Below, one piece after another: positions 26,301 through 40,189 of a stretch of DNA of 64,000 nt. Each line of letters begins with the position of its first letter. Position 1 is the stretch's first letter. Position numbers and translations under genes: made by a program. The DNA is from the human T2T-CHM13v2.0 reference genome, Homo sapiens: the NCBI RefSeq assembly GCF_009914755.1, contig NC_060927.1; one strand, given 5' to 3'. The notes under the pieces were generated by a model that saw only the letters and a list, made by a program, of their open reading frames with translations, was not told the DNA's origin and did not search any database.

Positions 26301-28477
26301 CATGATATTAATGAATTTTAGACGTAATCACTCTAGAAGATAATGCACTATTAAATACATATAATCGATATGTATATATACATATATATTTGATAATCAT
26401 TTTCTTAAGATGGCAGATTAGAGGCATTGTTAGCATACCTCTCCCACTTGGATGGACAAAATAGGGTTTAGAAATTCACACTGTGAACTTTTTTTCGAGA
26501 AGCAACACAGGAACTGAACAAGAAAACTGAAGGCATCTACAGACTCTTTGATGGAAGCAGGCGGCTGCAGCTTACACTGTGAGTCAGGTGAAGGGCTGCA
26601 AGTCCCCAGTGTGACAGGGGGAGAGGCTGCCTCTGGGATACACCCCCTGACCAAGGACCTGAAAGTCCAGGCCATGGAGGAAAACCCTAACTCCACCCAG
26701 CACAGGAACTGACTTGCAGAGGGTTGTAGAATTTAAAAATAGAAGCAGCATTAGGAAGACCCTTGCATGCACTCCCAGATTCTAGCATGGACCAAGTAAA
26801 CCATTCCTTACTGTTCCTCACAGGGGACCCTGCAGAGGACAGCCAAAAAAGTGCAGGCAGTGGTCGCAGGTTGAAAAAAGTCCTAAATGGGGTTTCACAA
26901 TATAACCTCCTGTGGTGACCAACTCCCTTGGCCAGGGTCAGGGCAGCAAAGAGTGAAAAGCAGGCTGCACCTGCAAGTGTAGGAGTCGCGGGTACAGTTG
27001 TGGGTACAGGAGCCAGGGGCCCAGCTTGGCAGTGGACAAGGAAAGGTGTGACCTGAAAGCTGTGGCTGCTGTCCCCGGAGGGAAAGCTTATGACTCAGGG
27101 TAGTTGAGAGTTCTGAGTACAGCCTGACTGGAACTCAGGTCACCTCTGCCAGAGGAACACTGCAGGAGAACATTTGCCTCCTCAAATGTGTGGGAACCAT
27201 GTGGGGCTTACCACTCACCACTGCTCCCCACTCCCTGTGCAAACTCTTCTGTGCAGCAGAGGCAGCAACACTCCCCTCTGGAATATCAACTCAGTGGCCC
27301 AAGAAATGTTCCTGCTCCTTGCCCTGTAGGCAGAGACTCAGAGCACAAATCTTCCTGATGCAGCCCCCACCTGGCTTTGCCCCACCACCTGCTCTGGTAG
27401 CTTCACACAAAAGACAGAAACTCTGGGGCGCTATATGGCCCTGACCATTATCTAAGAAACCAGAATACTCTCCCTGGGCAACATAAGGCAAGCAAAAATC
27501 CCACTGCTACTACCATAGCTGGTTCTCTTGTGAAAGCACCACCTCCTGGCTGGAGGCCAACCAACACAGTCCATTACAGCATCTCCTGGTAGAATAACAC
27601 TGTGCCCAGGAAGGAGAAAATGGCTGTGCAATCTCAGCTATCACCACTGCTTGCACCACTCTGGCTAACCAGGAGGTCCTGAGTCTGTCCACATGACCAG
27701 TTCATTACTATTATAACTGGCATTCAAGAAAGCCAACATACTAAGGCTATCAATAACCAAGAAATCTCGTGAAGTCTATGTCATGCCCCTGCCATCTCAA
27801 TTAGAGCTGATGCTGCCACCCACTGCTGGGAAATTTGAGAACATGTCACATCACCAGATGCCTTGCAGACATTTCTGAGCACCAGCCTGGATTGTGGCAA
27901 ATTCGCTGGGCCTCTAGACCCAGAGGAGAATTAACACTCACAGTAGTCTGGCTCCCAGGGACTCCCACTCCTAGGGGAAGAGGGAGTGTACCCCATCAAG
28001 GGAACACCCTGGGGGACAAAAGAATCTAGATAGCAGGCCTTAAGTACCAGATCTTTTCACTGGTGAGAAGTTTCTTTAACCAGAGCCGCAGTTGCAGTGC
28101 TGGGTTCAGCAGGGTAAGTCTTCAGCTCTAACCCAACATTCAGACAACCCTGTTTCATGTGAAGGGTCTTGGAGAAGAGGATGCATTACCCCCCTTACCC
28201 AACACCACTGGCACAGTTGAGACTCCTCCCATGTGAGCTTGGCATGGGTGTGACCATAGACAGCCTTTCTGGGACACATCAGGGTGACTGCATCCCCACA
28301 GGAGCAGCCTCTAAGTACAGGCTTGCACGAGAGACAGAGTTACATTTGTTTCTACTTGGAACATCAACATTTCTACACATGAGAAGAAGTGCCTATCTGA
28401 TCTGAATAGCTAGAGCTCTGGGACAGAAGTATCTGAGAAGTAGATAAATTTCCTGCTGACCTGGCAAGGGAGCTGAG

Positions 28478-28579
28478 GCAGACCCAACCCTTCCCCCGAT
28501 AAGACCGTAGTGCAGACCCAACCCTTCCCCCAATAAGACCGTAGTGCAGACCCAACCCTTCCCCCGATAAGACCGTAGT
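28478..28579. repeat. 34-bp minisatellite x3 inside L1 5'UTR
   Basis: gcagacccaacccttccccc(g/a)ataagaccgtagt at 28478, 28512 and 28546. Confidence 0.97.
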
Positions 28580-29230
28580 GTGACTCCATGAGAGCTTCTC
28601 CAGCCACCTCTATCAAGGCTGAGACCTCTGCCTACCATTGGGTATTGCATTTACCCACCTGCTTTAGCCACAGCTAGTTCCTACAACCTCCCCTACTGAA
28701 CTGAAGCCTGAACCATCAAACCAGTAAATAAAATACTGGGAGAAAATAAATAAATATAAAAATGCATGCCATGGAAGAATGAGAAAAGCTTTAAGAGACG
28801 TCTACTATTCCAACCCCATAGGAGACAGCAAACTTGTGCACACACTGAGCACATTGCTACCAACATGTGAGAAAGCCATTATACGAACTCTCTATAACCA
28901 AGGAACTCTTACAGAGTCTTCACCTCTGAAAGCACCAAGAACCAAATTAGGCTATGATAAACTATAAACATTAAAGTCTTATCCTTAAGGGGAAAAAAGA
29001 ATTTAACAACAAGCACAGGCAAATCAAAAACAAATTCAAGAACAACTAGAAGAAATAGTCTACACAAACACCCAAAATATCACACTACCTCTCCAATAAT
29101 GGATGTAAACCAAGATGAAATCTGTGAAATACCAGATAAGAAATTCAGAAGGTCTATTATTATTAAGCTACTCAAGGAGATATGAGAGAAAGGTGAAGAC
29201 CATCATAAAGACATTTAAAAAGCAGTTCAG

Positions 29231-29548
<318 letters not shown>

Positions 29549-31874
29549 AAAAAACAGTTAAGGATATGAATGAAAAATTTTTTAGAGAGATATATATCAT
29601 CAAGAAAAAACAATCAGAACTTCTGGGAATGAAATACATACTTAGAGAATTACAAAATACAGTGGAAAGTTTTGACAAGACTAGAACAAACAGAAGAAAT
29701 AATTTTAGAGCTCAAAGACAAGGCTTTTGATTTAACCCAATCAGATAAAAATAAAGAAAAAAAGAATCAAAAGAAATGAACTAAATATCGAAGAAATATG
29801 GGATTATGTAAAATGGCCAAACCTAAGAATAATTGGTGTCCCTGAGGCAGAAGAGGAAATAGTAAGTCTGGAAAACTTATTTGAATAACTGAGGAAAAGT
29901 TCCCTGGTCTGGCTAGAGATCTAGATATCCAAATCCAAGAAGCTCAAAGAACACCTGGGAAATTCATTGCAAAAAGATCCTCACCAAGGCATATAGTCAT
30001 CAGGTTATCTAAAGTCAACATGAAGGAAATAATTCTAAGAGCAGTAAGACAAAAACATCAGGTATCCTACAGAGGAAAACTTGTCAGACTAACAGCAGAC
30101 TTCTCAGCAGAAACCTTACAAGCTAGAAGGGATTGGGGTCCTATATTCGGCTTCCTTAAACAGAATAACTGTCAGCCAAAAATTCTGTATCCTATAAAAC
30201 TAAATTGCATAAATGAAGAAATAAAATCTTCTGAGACAAAGAAATGCTGTGGGAATTTGTTACTACCAAACTAGCACTACAAGAAATACTAACAGGAGTT
30301 CTAAACCTTGAAACAAAAGCCAGATATGCACCAAAATAGAACATCTTGAAAGTACAAAATTCACAGGGCCTACAAAACAATAACACAACAACAACAACAA
30401 TATCTAGGTGACAATAAATATGATGAAGAGAACAGAACCTCACATCTTAATAGTCACAGTGAATATAAATGCCCTAAACGCTCCACTTAAAAGATACAGA
30501 ATGGCAGAATGAATTAAAAAAATCACAACCCAAATATCAGCTGTATTCAAGAGACTCATTTGACATGGAAGGATTCATATAAACTCAAGGTTAAAGGGTA
30601 GAAAAAATATTCCATGCAAATAGAAACCAAAATCAAGCAGGAGTAGCTATTCTTATGTCAGACAAAATAGACTTCAAAGCCACAACAGCAAAAAAAAGAT
30701 AAAGATGGTCACTATACAATTATAAAGGGATCAATTCAACAAAGAGATATTACAATGCTAAATTTATATGCATTAAACACTGGAGCTCCCAGATTCATAG
30801 AATTATTACCCCTGGACCTAAGAAATGAGACAGACAGCAACACAATAACAGTGGGGGATTTCAGTATACCATTGAACCACACTAGACAGATCTTCAAGAC
30901 AGAAAGTCAACAGAGAAACAATGGACTTAAATGACACACTAGAATAAATAAACTTTACAAGACATTCTACCCAAGAACTGCAGATATACATTCTTATCAG
31001 CACATGGAACTTTCCCCAAGATAGATCATATGATAGGCCCCAAAACAAGTCTCAATAAATTTTAATAACTCAAAATTATATCAAGTATCTTCTCAGAACA
31101 CAGCGAAATAAAACTAGAAATAAACTCCAGAAGGAACCCTCAAAATTATACAAATACATGGAAATTAAATAATTTACTCCTGAATGATATATGGGTTAAC
31201 ATGACATCAACAAGGAAATTTAAAAAGTCCTTGAACTGAATAATAGTGACACAAACTATCAAAACCTCTGGGATACAGCAAAAATGGTGCTAAGAGAAAA
31301 GTTTATAGCATTAAATGCCTACAACAAAAAGTTTGAAAGAGCACAAATGTACAATCTAAGGTGACACCTCAAGGAACTAGAGAAACAAGAACAAATCAAA
31401 CCCAAACCCAGAAAAGAAAAGAAATAACAAAGATCAGAACAGAACTAAATAAAATTGGAAAAAAAAATACAAAAGATAAATAAAACGAAAAACTGGTTCT
31501 TTGAAAAAATAAATAAAATTGATAGACCATTAGCAAGATTAACCAAGAAAAGAAGAGAGAAGATTTATATAAGCTAAATTAGAAGTAAAATGGGCGCTAT
31601 TATAGCCAATACCACAGAAATACAAAAGATCATTCAAGGCTACTATGAACACCTTTACATGCACAAACTAGAAAATCTATAGGAAATGGATAAATTCCTG
31701 GAAATATACACTACTACAGTGACAGGTGAAATCAGATATCAGAATGTACCTCTTTACAATTCATCCATTTAACCAAATACCACTTGTACCTCAAAAAACT
31801 ATTAAAATAAAAATTTACATATATATATATACACACACACACACTCATGATTGATTTTCAGATCTTCCAACATT

Positions 31875-32065
31875 TAGTTATCTGTCCTAAGACAAGTCAC
31901 ATTATCACTTTGAGTCTGTTTCTCATTTATAAATACATGTAATGATTTTACATTTGTGACATGTAAATATATATCTCCAAAGCATAATTATTTAATTAAC
32001 TATGTGAATTTAGTCAAATTATGTAACCTCACTGAGCCTCAGTCCCCTCTTATGAAATATGAGCA
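31875..32065 (+). mobile_element. MIR fragments
   Basis: 'ctttgagtctgttttctcatttataaa' and 'aacctcactgagcctcagtcccctcttatgaaatatgag'. Confidence 0.5.
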
Positions 32066-34159
32066 GACAGAACCCTATGGGACCAGAAGTCACTTCATTT
32101 TTCAAAATTCTGAGTCTATGTTTGAAATATATCATATATTCAGATTTAGATGGAACGATGTCTTAAGCAGATTACTTTTAAATTGTTAAGAACTAAAATT
32201 GTTTCTAATGTTAAAAATAAACATTTAATATTAGCATCTAATTAGTGTACTGAATATAATATACATGTATCTTCAAATACTTTATAGAATATAATATGCA
32301 AGCATCTTCAAATACGTTTAGAAATAAATTAGAACTGAAGTGAAGATAATCCATAGAAGTTTTATCACATTTCCTGATCAAAATATATATTCAATATTAG
32401 CTTGATAGCAATAATATACTTTCAAGATTTTCTTACCAACTTCAAGTCTATAATAATACACAATCAGAATATATTTAATAAATTCTGCAAAAGAAGGTAA
32501 GTGAAAAGAAATTATCCCTTTTTCATTTTAGGTCAGGCCAAAAGAATCCAGCCCTTCTATTTAAAAACAAAAATTATTACATTGGCCTAAATTATCCAAA
32601 TTGGCTATTTTTTTCTTTAACATTTACCTTCATTGCTTTCTTTATCAAATTCAGCCTTGATTAGCCCTATTATGATTATAGAGTTAATGTGCCTTTTACC
32701 AAAATTAACCTTATTGTAAAATAGAGAATCATCTTAACAGTATTTGCATATCTGTTTAGTATGAGAAGTTGTGAGTTGAAATGTTCATGACTTTTCAAAA
32801 AGCAACAAATTCATTATCTAAGCATTATAATTCACAGTGTAATATATAAACATTAGCAACTGCCTAAGCTATTAAGCAAATACTCTGATTTGAATTTAAT
32901 TTCTCTTTGTTTTCTTCATCACAATGTTTCTTTTTCCACAGTGGTTCTTATGCATGTAGATTTTTTTCCATAGGCAATTAAACTGTAGTTATTTTTAGGG
33001 AAGTGATTATAAAATTTCCACAGTGGAATTCCATATATGATTTCCCTCAACAACTCCTGAAGCCATTTTTTTTTGGTTTATATTTTCAGGATAAAAAACA
33101 AGATAGAATCTAAAAATCATCATCCTGCTTTCTGCTTTTCTCTCCCCTAGCCCCATGGCAATTTGCTACACTCGTTTGCTAAAATACTAAAGAATAATAA
33201 AATGAAAAGATGGAAATAACTTCTCCCCACATAATATTATGGCTGCCACAAAAACATTAGCCACAGAGTTAAGTGACTCTGAAAATCCACCTATGGTAGC
33301 CTTCTTCTTGCAACAGTTGGACTGTTCTATGAAGCTTTACAGTGAGAGAGTTATTGAGTTTTCATTATTTTTATCCAAATGTATCATGATAAAAAAACAA
33401 GCATTTATCTCATACTTTCTTCTGATTGTAATCAGTATGATAAAAAACATGAATGTGGCATACAAAGAGTGAGGCAAAGAATTTCAAATTATCTATTTAG
33501 TATGGTTTGAGATTCTAATGGAATGTTCACTCTTGGCTGTGTCTCCACCTTAGAAGTCAGGATATTAGCACAAAATGTATGAAACCTGATAGAAAAGGAA
33601 ACCCAACTTTTATTTATTGTATTTCTGTTTTGTAAACCATGATGAAATCTTCCCTCTCCCTGAGAACTCTTCTTTTGAGAATCATAAACTCGTGGGCATC
33701 CAAGTTAGAGGAGCAGACTCCTGGGAAGATGTGTTTGAATGCTAGAATTTAATACTTCAACAGGCTGCTAGTTCAGGTGTTTTTACAATTTAGTACCGAT
33801 TTTCAACTTTCATTTGCCTCACTGCCTTAACTTTAAATCATGTGATTCTTTTTCTTCCCCCCTCAGGCATTAGAGCTATCAATCAGCACACTGAATTTTC
33901 CTTTGGATTTTTTCATTAGCGTTCCCCCAAAAGGATGGAGCAGCTCATGGCATTTTCTGCATGTTGACCTTTCCAACACAGTGTCATCAGTTTCTCAACC
34001 TTTTCAGCTCCTGGAGCTTCAACTGCATTTGCTTTTTGCTATCCACCATCAAAGCTACAGTTTGATTCTGGTATCGTTCTGTATTTCTCCTCCTCCAAAA
34101 TCTTCAGCCTGAAATTATCCTCAACTCTCTTATATTTTCAGTACTATCTTTATCTTGCT

Positions 34160-36590
34160 CTTACTGAAATTATGTTTTATTTTTTAAAAGTCATAATTTT
34201 GTCAAGATTACAGTGAATTTTTTCAAAAGTCAAATAGTTGACATACCTTTTATGAATTCAGCCTTTCTTGTTTCCTGTTTTTGATATCTATTAACAAGTT
34301 TTAAAATATTTATCTTTTTCTCTAAAAACATTGATTATATCAGTACGTCTTGATTTTCTATTAGATATTACCCATTGATTTTTTTTTAGTATATAAAAGC
34401 TTAGGATTTAACATTTTCACCATTCCCCTCTTAGGCACAAAATTCTCCCCAAATAGTGCTGATTTCATTTTTATTAATTATTATTCAGTGTTTGAAACAG
34501 CTTACTCCATTTAAGAATATTTATAGTTGGATGTGAAGGCACTCTGGCTGCCACGTCTGTCACCCCAGTGATCACCAGTGTAGATTTACACTGACCTGGC
34601 TGGCTAGGCTGGTGTCTCTTTTTTCCCTCACCAGTCCCCATGCTTCCCTCCAGAAGCTCTTTCAGAGGACGCCCTCCCTCCTGAGCCATGAGGATCTTTC
34701 TTCTGCGCTCTGCTGCTAGAGCCTCCAAACTCTCTAGGTCTGTCTGTAGAACACAGAGTAGTCCAGCTTCCAAGACTCCAGACACAGCAATGAGGTGCTG
34801 TATATGGCAGTCTGCCTTTCTTGGAGGGAAATATATATTTATAGCTGATCCACGCAAAATGTTATACTTCTTTTGTCGAACTTTTTGTTTTCTCTTAATT
34901 GGATTGTCTTATTCATTTGCATTGTTTTCAATTTAACCTCAAATGCTCACCAATTTGAATACATTCTTTTGCAATATCTTCAAATCTATTACTTGTTCTA
35001 TCACTTTAATCCTCTTTTACCAATGTTCTATCATTTGTGATCCTTTTTACAAATCTCTCACCACTGCTCCCACAACCTAAGGTGTGACTATGGTCTTGGG
35101 ATGTCCCTTCGCCATCATGTTGGGATTTTCTAGACTTTCCCTGTGTAGAATCTCCTTTTTCCTGGATCCCATGTCCCTTTTTCTAAGTTTACTCTTTGGT
35201 ATCAGAGAAAGAAATCTTCCACTAGCTTTCTGAAAAAGGGCTTATTTAAATCATATTCTTGGATAGCCTTTATGCCTGAAAATATCTTTTACTGCCCTCA
35301 TTATTAGTTGATTTCTTAACTAGGTATTGAATTTAGTGTTCTCGCAGAATTTTAGAGCAATGTCCCATTGTCTTCTAGCTTCCAGTGTTGGCCACTATTG
35401 CAGTTTGATGCTGTTCTGTTTCTTGATCCTCTGTATGAAAACAATTTCTTTTTCCAATTTGGAAATACGTAGACTTAAATATTTGTCCACAGTGTTCTGA
35501 AATTTTACAATGATATACCTTATCATGTGTCTATTTTTATACATTTTACTAGGTAATCAATGGACCATCTAATTGGAAAACTCATATCAGAATTATGAGA
35601 ACTTCTTGAATTAGTAATTTGATAATTTACTCCTCTTCTTGGTGCTCCTTTTCTTACACTCATATTATTCAGATATGAGGCCTCCTAGACTAATTCTTTA
35701 ATTTTCTTATCTTTTTATTTTAATTTCTCAGTCTCTTTTTAAAAAATTTACTTTCTGGTAGATTTCTTCAACTTTATATTCCATCACTTCTGTAAAGTTA
35801 TTTAATTCTTGCTCTTATATTTTTAATTGCCAAAAGCTATTTTTTCTGGTAATTCATTCATACAGTTTTCATTTTTGGATGCAATATTTCTTGTCTCTCA
35901 ATTTAAAAACAAAAATGTATTTTATCCAAGTTTCTGATTGCATGGCCTCTCTTTTCTGAAAGTTGTTTTTCTGCTACTACCTTAAGGCAAACTTTCAGGT
36001 CAGATTCTCTTCTTAATTTTCTGATGTTTCTTGACAGCCTGCTTATATTTATAAATGTAGCACTAAAACAATGTATGGAAACTTCCTTTGTGTTGTGGGG
36101 TGCTGACTGAGTATGGTTCTTTACTGTAGACTGACTTTTCTGATCTGTTTCTGTGCAGAATCTCTGATTTTAGTTTTAGAGTTTTTTCACTTAGGCTGGT
36201 CAGTCCCTAGAGAAGTGTCAAAAATATCCTACCTGTGGGGCTTAGTGTGGTATTTGTGTGGGGGTTGAGGACTGAGAGCAAAACATTTAGTTTATAAACC
36301 TTCACTAAAATCCATCATATTCAGTAAAGTGTCTCTGTGCTCAGCTGTGCTTAGTGTCTCTGTTACTCACTCCAGAGAATGATGAACCCCTGGTGTTCAG
36401 CTGGCTCTAACAGAAGCAGTTGTTAGACTGGGAAGAGTGGAGGGGGAGGAAGGGATTCCTAACAGCTTCTTGGTCTCCTAATACTGGTGAGATTAGACCA
36501 ATAATTGTGCTTTGGAGGAATCTGTGATATAAACTGATTGCTTCTCAACTTTCTTAACTGTTGATTAGAGTTCAGCCTTCTCAAGATTGC
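34160..36590 (-). mobile_element. HAL1 (half-L1) element, interrupted by 7SK retrocopy
   Basis: 'cctggatcccatgtc...tttactc', 'ccattgtcttctagcttccagtgttg', 'aggctggtcagtccctagagaag', 'ccttcactaaaatcc...ttcagta' follow reverse HAL1 as recalled. Confidence 0.75.
34529..34822 (+). pseudogene. 7SK snRNA retropseudogene (RN7SKP family)
   Basis: Starts ggatgtgaaggcactctggctgccacgtctgtcacccca (7SK 5' GGATGTGAGGGCGATCTGGCTGCGACATCTGTCACCCC); contains 'agcttccaagactccagacaca'; ends 'tggcagtctgcctttctt'; TSD atatttatag(t/c)t at 34517-34528 and 34835-34846. Confidence 0.96.
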
Positions 36591-36859
36591 TTACCTTATA
36601 TGAGCATAAGAGAATCAAAGAGAAACATAGTTTAAAAATCTTCAGTTTTTATATCTCAAAACTGGCCGCTGATATTTAGAAAATTGGGATGACAAATTCA
36701 AATGTTAATAGAGATTCATGGAAATAGCAGTTAACCATGAATCAGCTAGTCATATAACTTTCTTCTTTCTTTAATTGCTTTAATAGAAGCGATTAATTAC
36801 AGTTTCTTGAATTGCTTTAATACAAGTTGCACAGTAATATCTAAATAAAAAGTTTTTTG

Positions 36860-36913
36860 AAAAAACTGGGGAAACTTTTTGAAACAGACGTGACTAACAA
36901 AGGATTAATAGCC

Positions 36914-36963
<50 letters not shown>

Positions 36964-37290
36964 GACAGAGAAAAAGAGAGACCTAAGAATTAACAAAGAA
37001 ACAAAAGAAACCACTCACTAAATGGACAAGAGACATAAACAGGCAAGTTATCATATATATGTAAATCAAATTGACAAATACACATAGGAAAATAGATCTA
37101 ATGTACAGAAAAATCAAAAAGCTTAAAAGTAGGACAATGCATTACTATTATATATTTATCAGTTGATGAGGTTTAAAAATAATTTTAATATCAGTATCGG
37201 AAAAGTTGTCACTTAACACACGTTTGATATGAAACTTGGCACACATTTTCTGACAGGCAATTTAGTGATAGAGATCACTAAACAATAAAA
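36860..37290 (+). mobile_element. Old L1M/L1ME ORF2-end fragment
   Basis: 'gactaacaaaggattaatagcc', 'aaatggacaagagacataaacaggcaa'. Confidence 0.6.
36921..36954. repeat. (AC)17 microsatellite
   Basis: Direct reading. Confidence 0.97.
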
Positions 37291-37376
37291 GGCAAAAAAT
37301 GTTCATTTATAATAGATAAAAATTTATAGAAAAATTTTACTGAGATCTTTTTAGGTTACGTATGTTCTACTCAATA

Positions 37377-39345
37377 CAGAGGTTTCATCCTGTTTTATCA
37401 ATTATATATTTATTGCAATCACAGTCAATAGTCATCTTACTTAATCTATAAAATTCTAGTTTTTTCACTTCTTATAACTGAAAATTAAAATTACATGGTA
37501 GCTGATAATAAATAATTTTTATTAATATTTTTATTTTCATTAAATAAGCAGGAAAAGATTGCTACAGTATTTAATGAAACTGATGGAGATATTTCTGAAC
37601 TTTATACATGATTAACTATTCCACCAAAACTGAAAACTGGAATTCAAAATATAAATGTACATATATTCATAAAAAATATTATTTACCATACTTTTGCCTA
37701 CTAAATAACTGAAAGATATAGTTTCACATATAACATTAAATTATTATAACTTGTTTTAAAACTAGTAATAAACATTCATTAGTTAATTACATTATATCAA
37801 TTGCCTTTAGTAACCTATTCTATAGAATGTTTTCAATCCTTAATTTAATTTTTTAATAATATTCCTTGAAATTTTCAATAATGTAATTGAGAAATTCCAT
37901 GTTTGTTTGCTTGTATATGTTTGCTTTGTCCTGGAAGAAAGTAAATCTGATCTGGTTGATTGGTTTGACAATGAAAACCAGCTTTAGGAAGTACGTTATA
38001 TTGTAGATATTTTTCCATAATTGAATTAGTTAAATCTGAAGTTTCAAGATTTAAAAATATTTTAAGACATGCAAGAAAAGTATTTTATTAAAAACAAATA
38101 CTGCTGGTGTTTAGAAATTAATAACATTTTAATTCTCCTCGCACTTTCTGATTATGTTGATTTAAACACTATCTCTAGTTTTTTAAAAAATTATCAGTAA
38201 TTTGATATATTTCAATAAAATATTTTTCATATTTTTTCACCAAAATGAGAAAGTGAATGATCCAAATGTAATGTTTTGAGTTATTTGTTTTTAGGCAAGT
38301 TTAAGGAGAATCAGATAAAGTTGTCAGCTATTAATTTATAAAAAATACTTTTTATAACAAATACTTTTTTATATTGGACATAAAAATAAAAAGTTTATAA
38401 ATTCTCATTGATTTTAAAAAATTCTTTTCCCATCCTTTAACTTACTTAAATATAAAATTTCAGTGCTTGCATTTATAAACCACAACAAAATCAAAACAAA
38501 AGAGAAAAATTGATTTTGAACCTACATCGTTTTAAACAATATTCACTGGAAAATATATACACTGAAAAAGAATTTCCTTTTATTGCATTTCAAATAATTT
38601 TACTCTTCTTAAAATATTTATCAAAATTTCTAATATATTTATAGCTTACAATCAATTGTATACAAACATTAATTGAAACTAAAATTATTCAAAATTTATT
38701 TTCTAACTTTTTATTCTGTGATCATTTTAGACATTACAAATATTGCAAAAATAGTAAATACAAATCTTGTGTATCCTCTCAGCTTTCTTTATGTTAACCT
38801 CATACATAACCACAAATGCAACAAAAATCTAGAAATAAGCATTGATTTAACACTAAGCAACAGATATTATTCAAGTGGCTCCCTCTATCTGCCTCATTGT
38901 TTTTCTGGTCTAGGATCTAAATCCTGATCACACATTGCATTCAGTTAGCACATATTCCTAGTTACCTCTAATTTGGGAGAGGTCCTCATTCTTTCTTTGT
39001 CTCCCATCATCTTGACACTGTTAAAGAACATAGAAAAGTTATTTTCTAAACTTTTTCCTAATTGGGGTTTTTATAATATTTCTCCTTGATTAAATGCAGG
39101 TTATGCGTTTGGGGCAGGAATCTAATAGAACTGATGCTACATCCTTCTCAGAGCGTCGTATCCAGAGGAACATGATGTCAATATGTCTCATTATTGGTGT
39201 TTTCTGTTAAAATGTTAATTTGCTAATATTTTGATCTTTGCAAATACTTACACTTATAATGAAAAAATTAAAGATCAATTGAAACATACAAGGGGTGGAT
39301 ATATAGTTTTTCAAAATTCTTTTAAAAAATGTTTTAAGATCATAG
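37377..39345 (+). mobile_element. Charlie-type hAT DNA transposon fossil with decayed transposase, interrupted by L1MC
   Basis: 37931-38047 translates LEESKSDLVDWFDNENQL*EVRYIVDIFP*LN*LNLKFQ; 38488-38523 translates KSKQKRKIDFEP; right end 'catacaaggggtggatatatagtttttcaaaattctttt'; boundaries uncertain. Confidence 0.65.
38695..39200 (-). mobile_element. L1MC4/5-like 3' fragment
   Basis: 'ttttagacattacaaatattgcaaaaatagta', 'aggatctaaatcctgatcacacattgcatt', 'caggttatgcgtttggggcaggaat'. Confidence 0.8.
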
Positions 39346-39699
39346 TGTAGACAAATATTTTTAGATATTAATTTATAGTGTGAAACAGATGATGGATGCA
39401 GAAAAGGGTGTGGTCAAGATAGTTTTTAAAAAATATTTAAAAATGTGTTTACATATTATAAATTATATTTATTCATTATTTTTATTATTTTATTTTTATA
39501 TATTTTACATATATTTTCTTTATCAATAATTTAAAATATTAACTCCATTAACATTTTTAATAAACTATTTTTAAAAATTAACTTTTTACATGAATAAAAC
39601 TTTTTTGCTATTGGGAACATATTTATTTGCTAGTGGGAATAATGCAATAAAAGGCAGAAATCCATTATTATTTTAAATCATTACTTACAAGAAACAAAA

Positions 39700-39960
39700 T
39701 TGTCTATTAATATGGTATATCCACAAAGTAGAATCTTATACAACTTTTTAAAAAATGATCATTATAATTGTTGACATATGTTGTTTACTATTTATGTTTA
39801 GTGAAAATATAAAATTTAAAAAGGACATGCAGAATATGAGTATACTTTTTAAGCGTGCATCTGTGTTTGTCTAGAATAACTTTTAGAATAATGTTACTCT
39901 ATTAGAAAGTTTAACAATGAATCTCTCTGCATGGTTAACATATATAGTTATCATAGTATT
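39700..39960 (+). mobile_element. L1ME-like 3' fragment
   Basis: 'atatggtatatccacaaagtagaatcttatacaac', 'atgtttagtgaaaa'. Confidence 0.45.
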
Positions 39961-40189
39961 TTGTATTATCAGCTTAAGAATTCAAAATAAGAACCAAAGC
40001 CTTAAGGCTAGTTAAAAATTAAATATTTAGACTATACTTGAATACCTACATGTACATATTAAACGTTCCCAGTGAAAATACAAATATTTTTCAAATGGTA
40101 AGCTTTCCCTTTCATCTAAAGAACATTAAATATTCAGATACATTATCCAGGCTTATATAGAAACCAGAAACAGTAGACCAATTTTATAT

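Noticed and set aside
28478-28579. CRISPR-like appearance of ~30-bp repeats (also 51566-51652)
   Set aside because: Units are contiguous with no unique spacers, no cas genes are present, and the DNA is primate.
26400-28700. GC-richer 2.3-kb block resembling a gene promoter or CpG island
   Set aside because: CpG-depleted and continuous with L1 ORF1/ORF2; it is the L1 5'UTR.
30020-30274. ORF with real protein similarity
   Set aside because: A fragment of L1 ORF1p in a frameshifted, dead element, so not reported as a CDS.
34474-34936. 127-aa and 82-aa ORFs in a locally GC-richer patch
   Set aside because: The patch is the 7SK retropseudogene; the frames are incidental.
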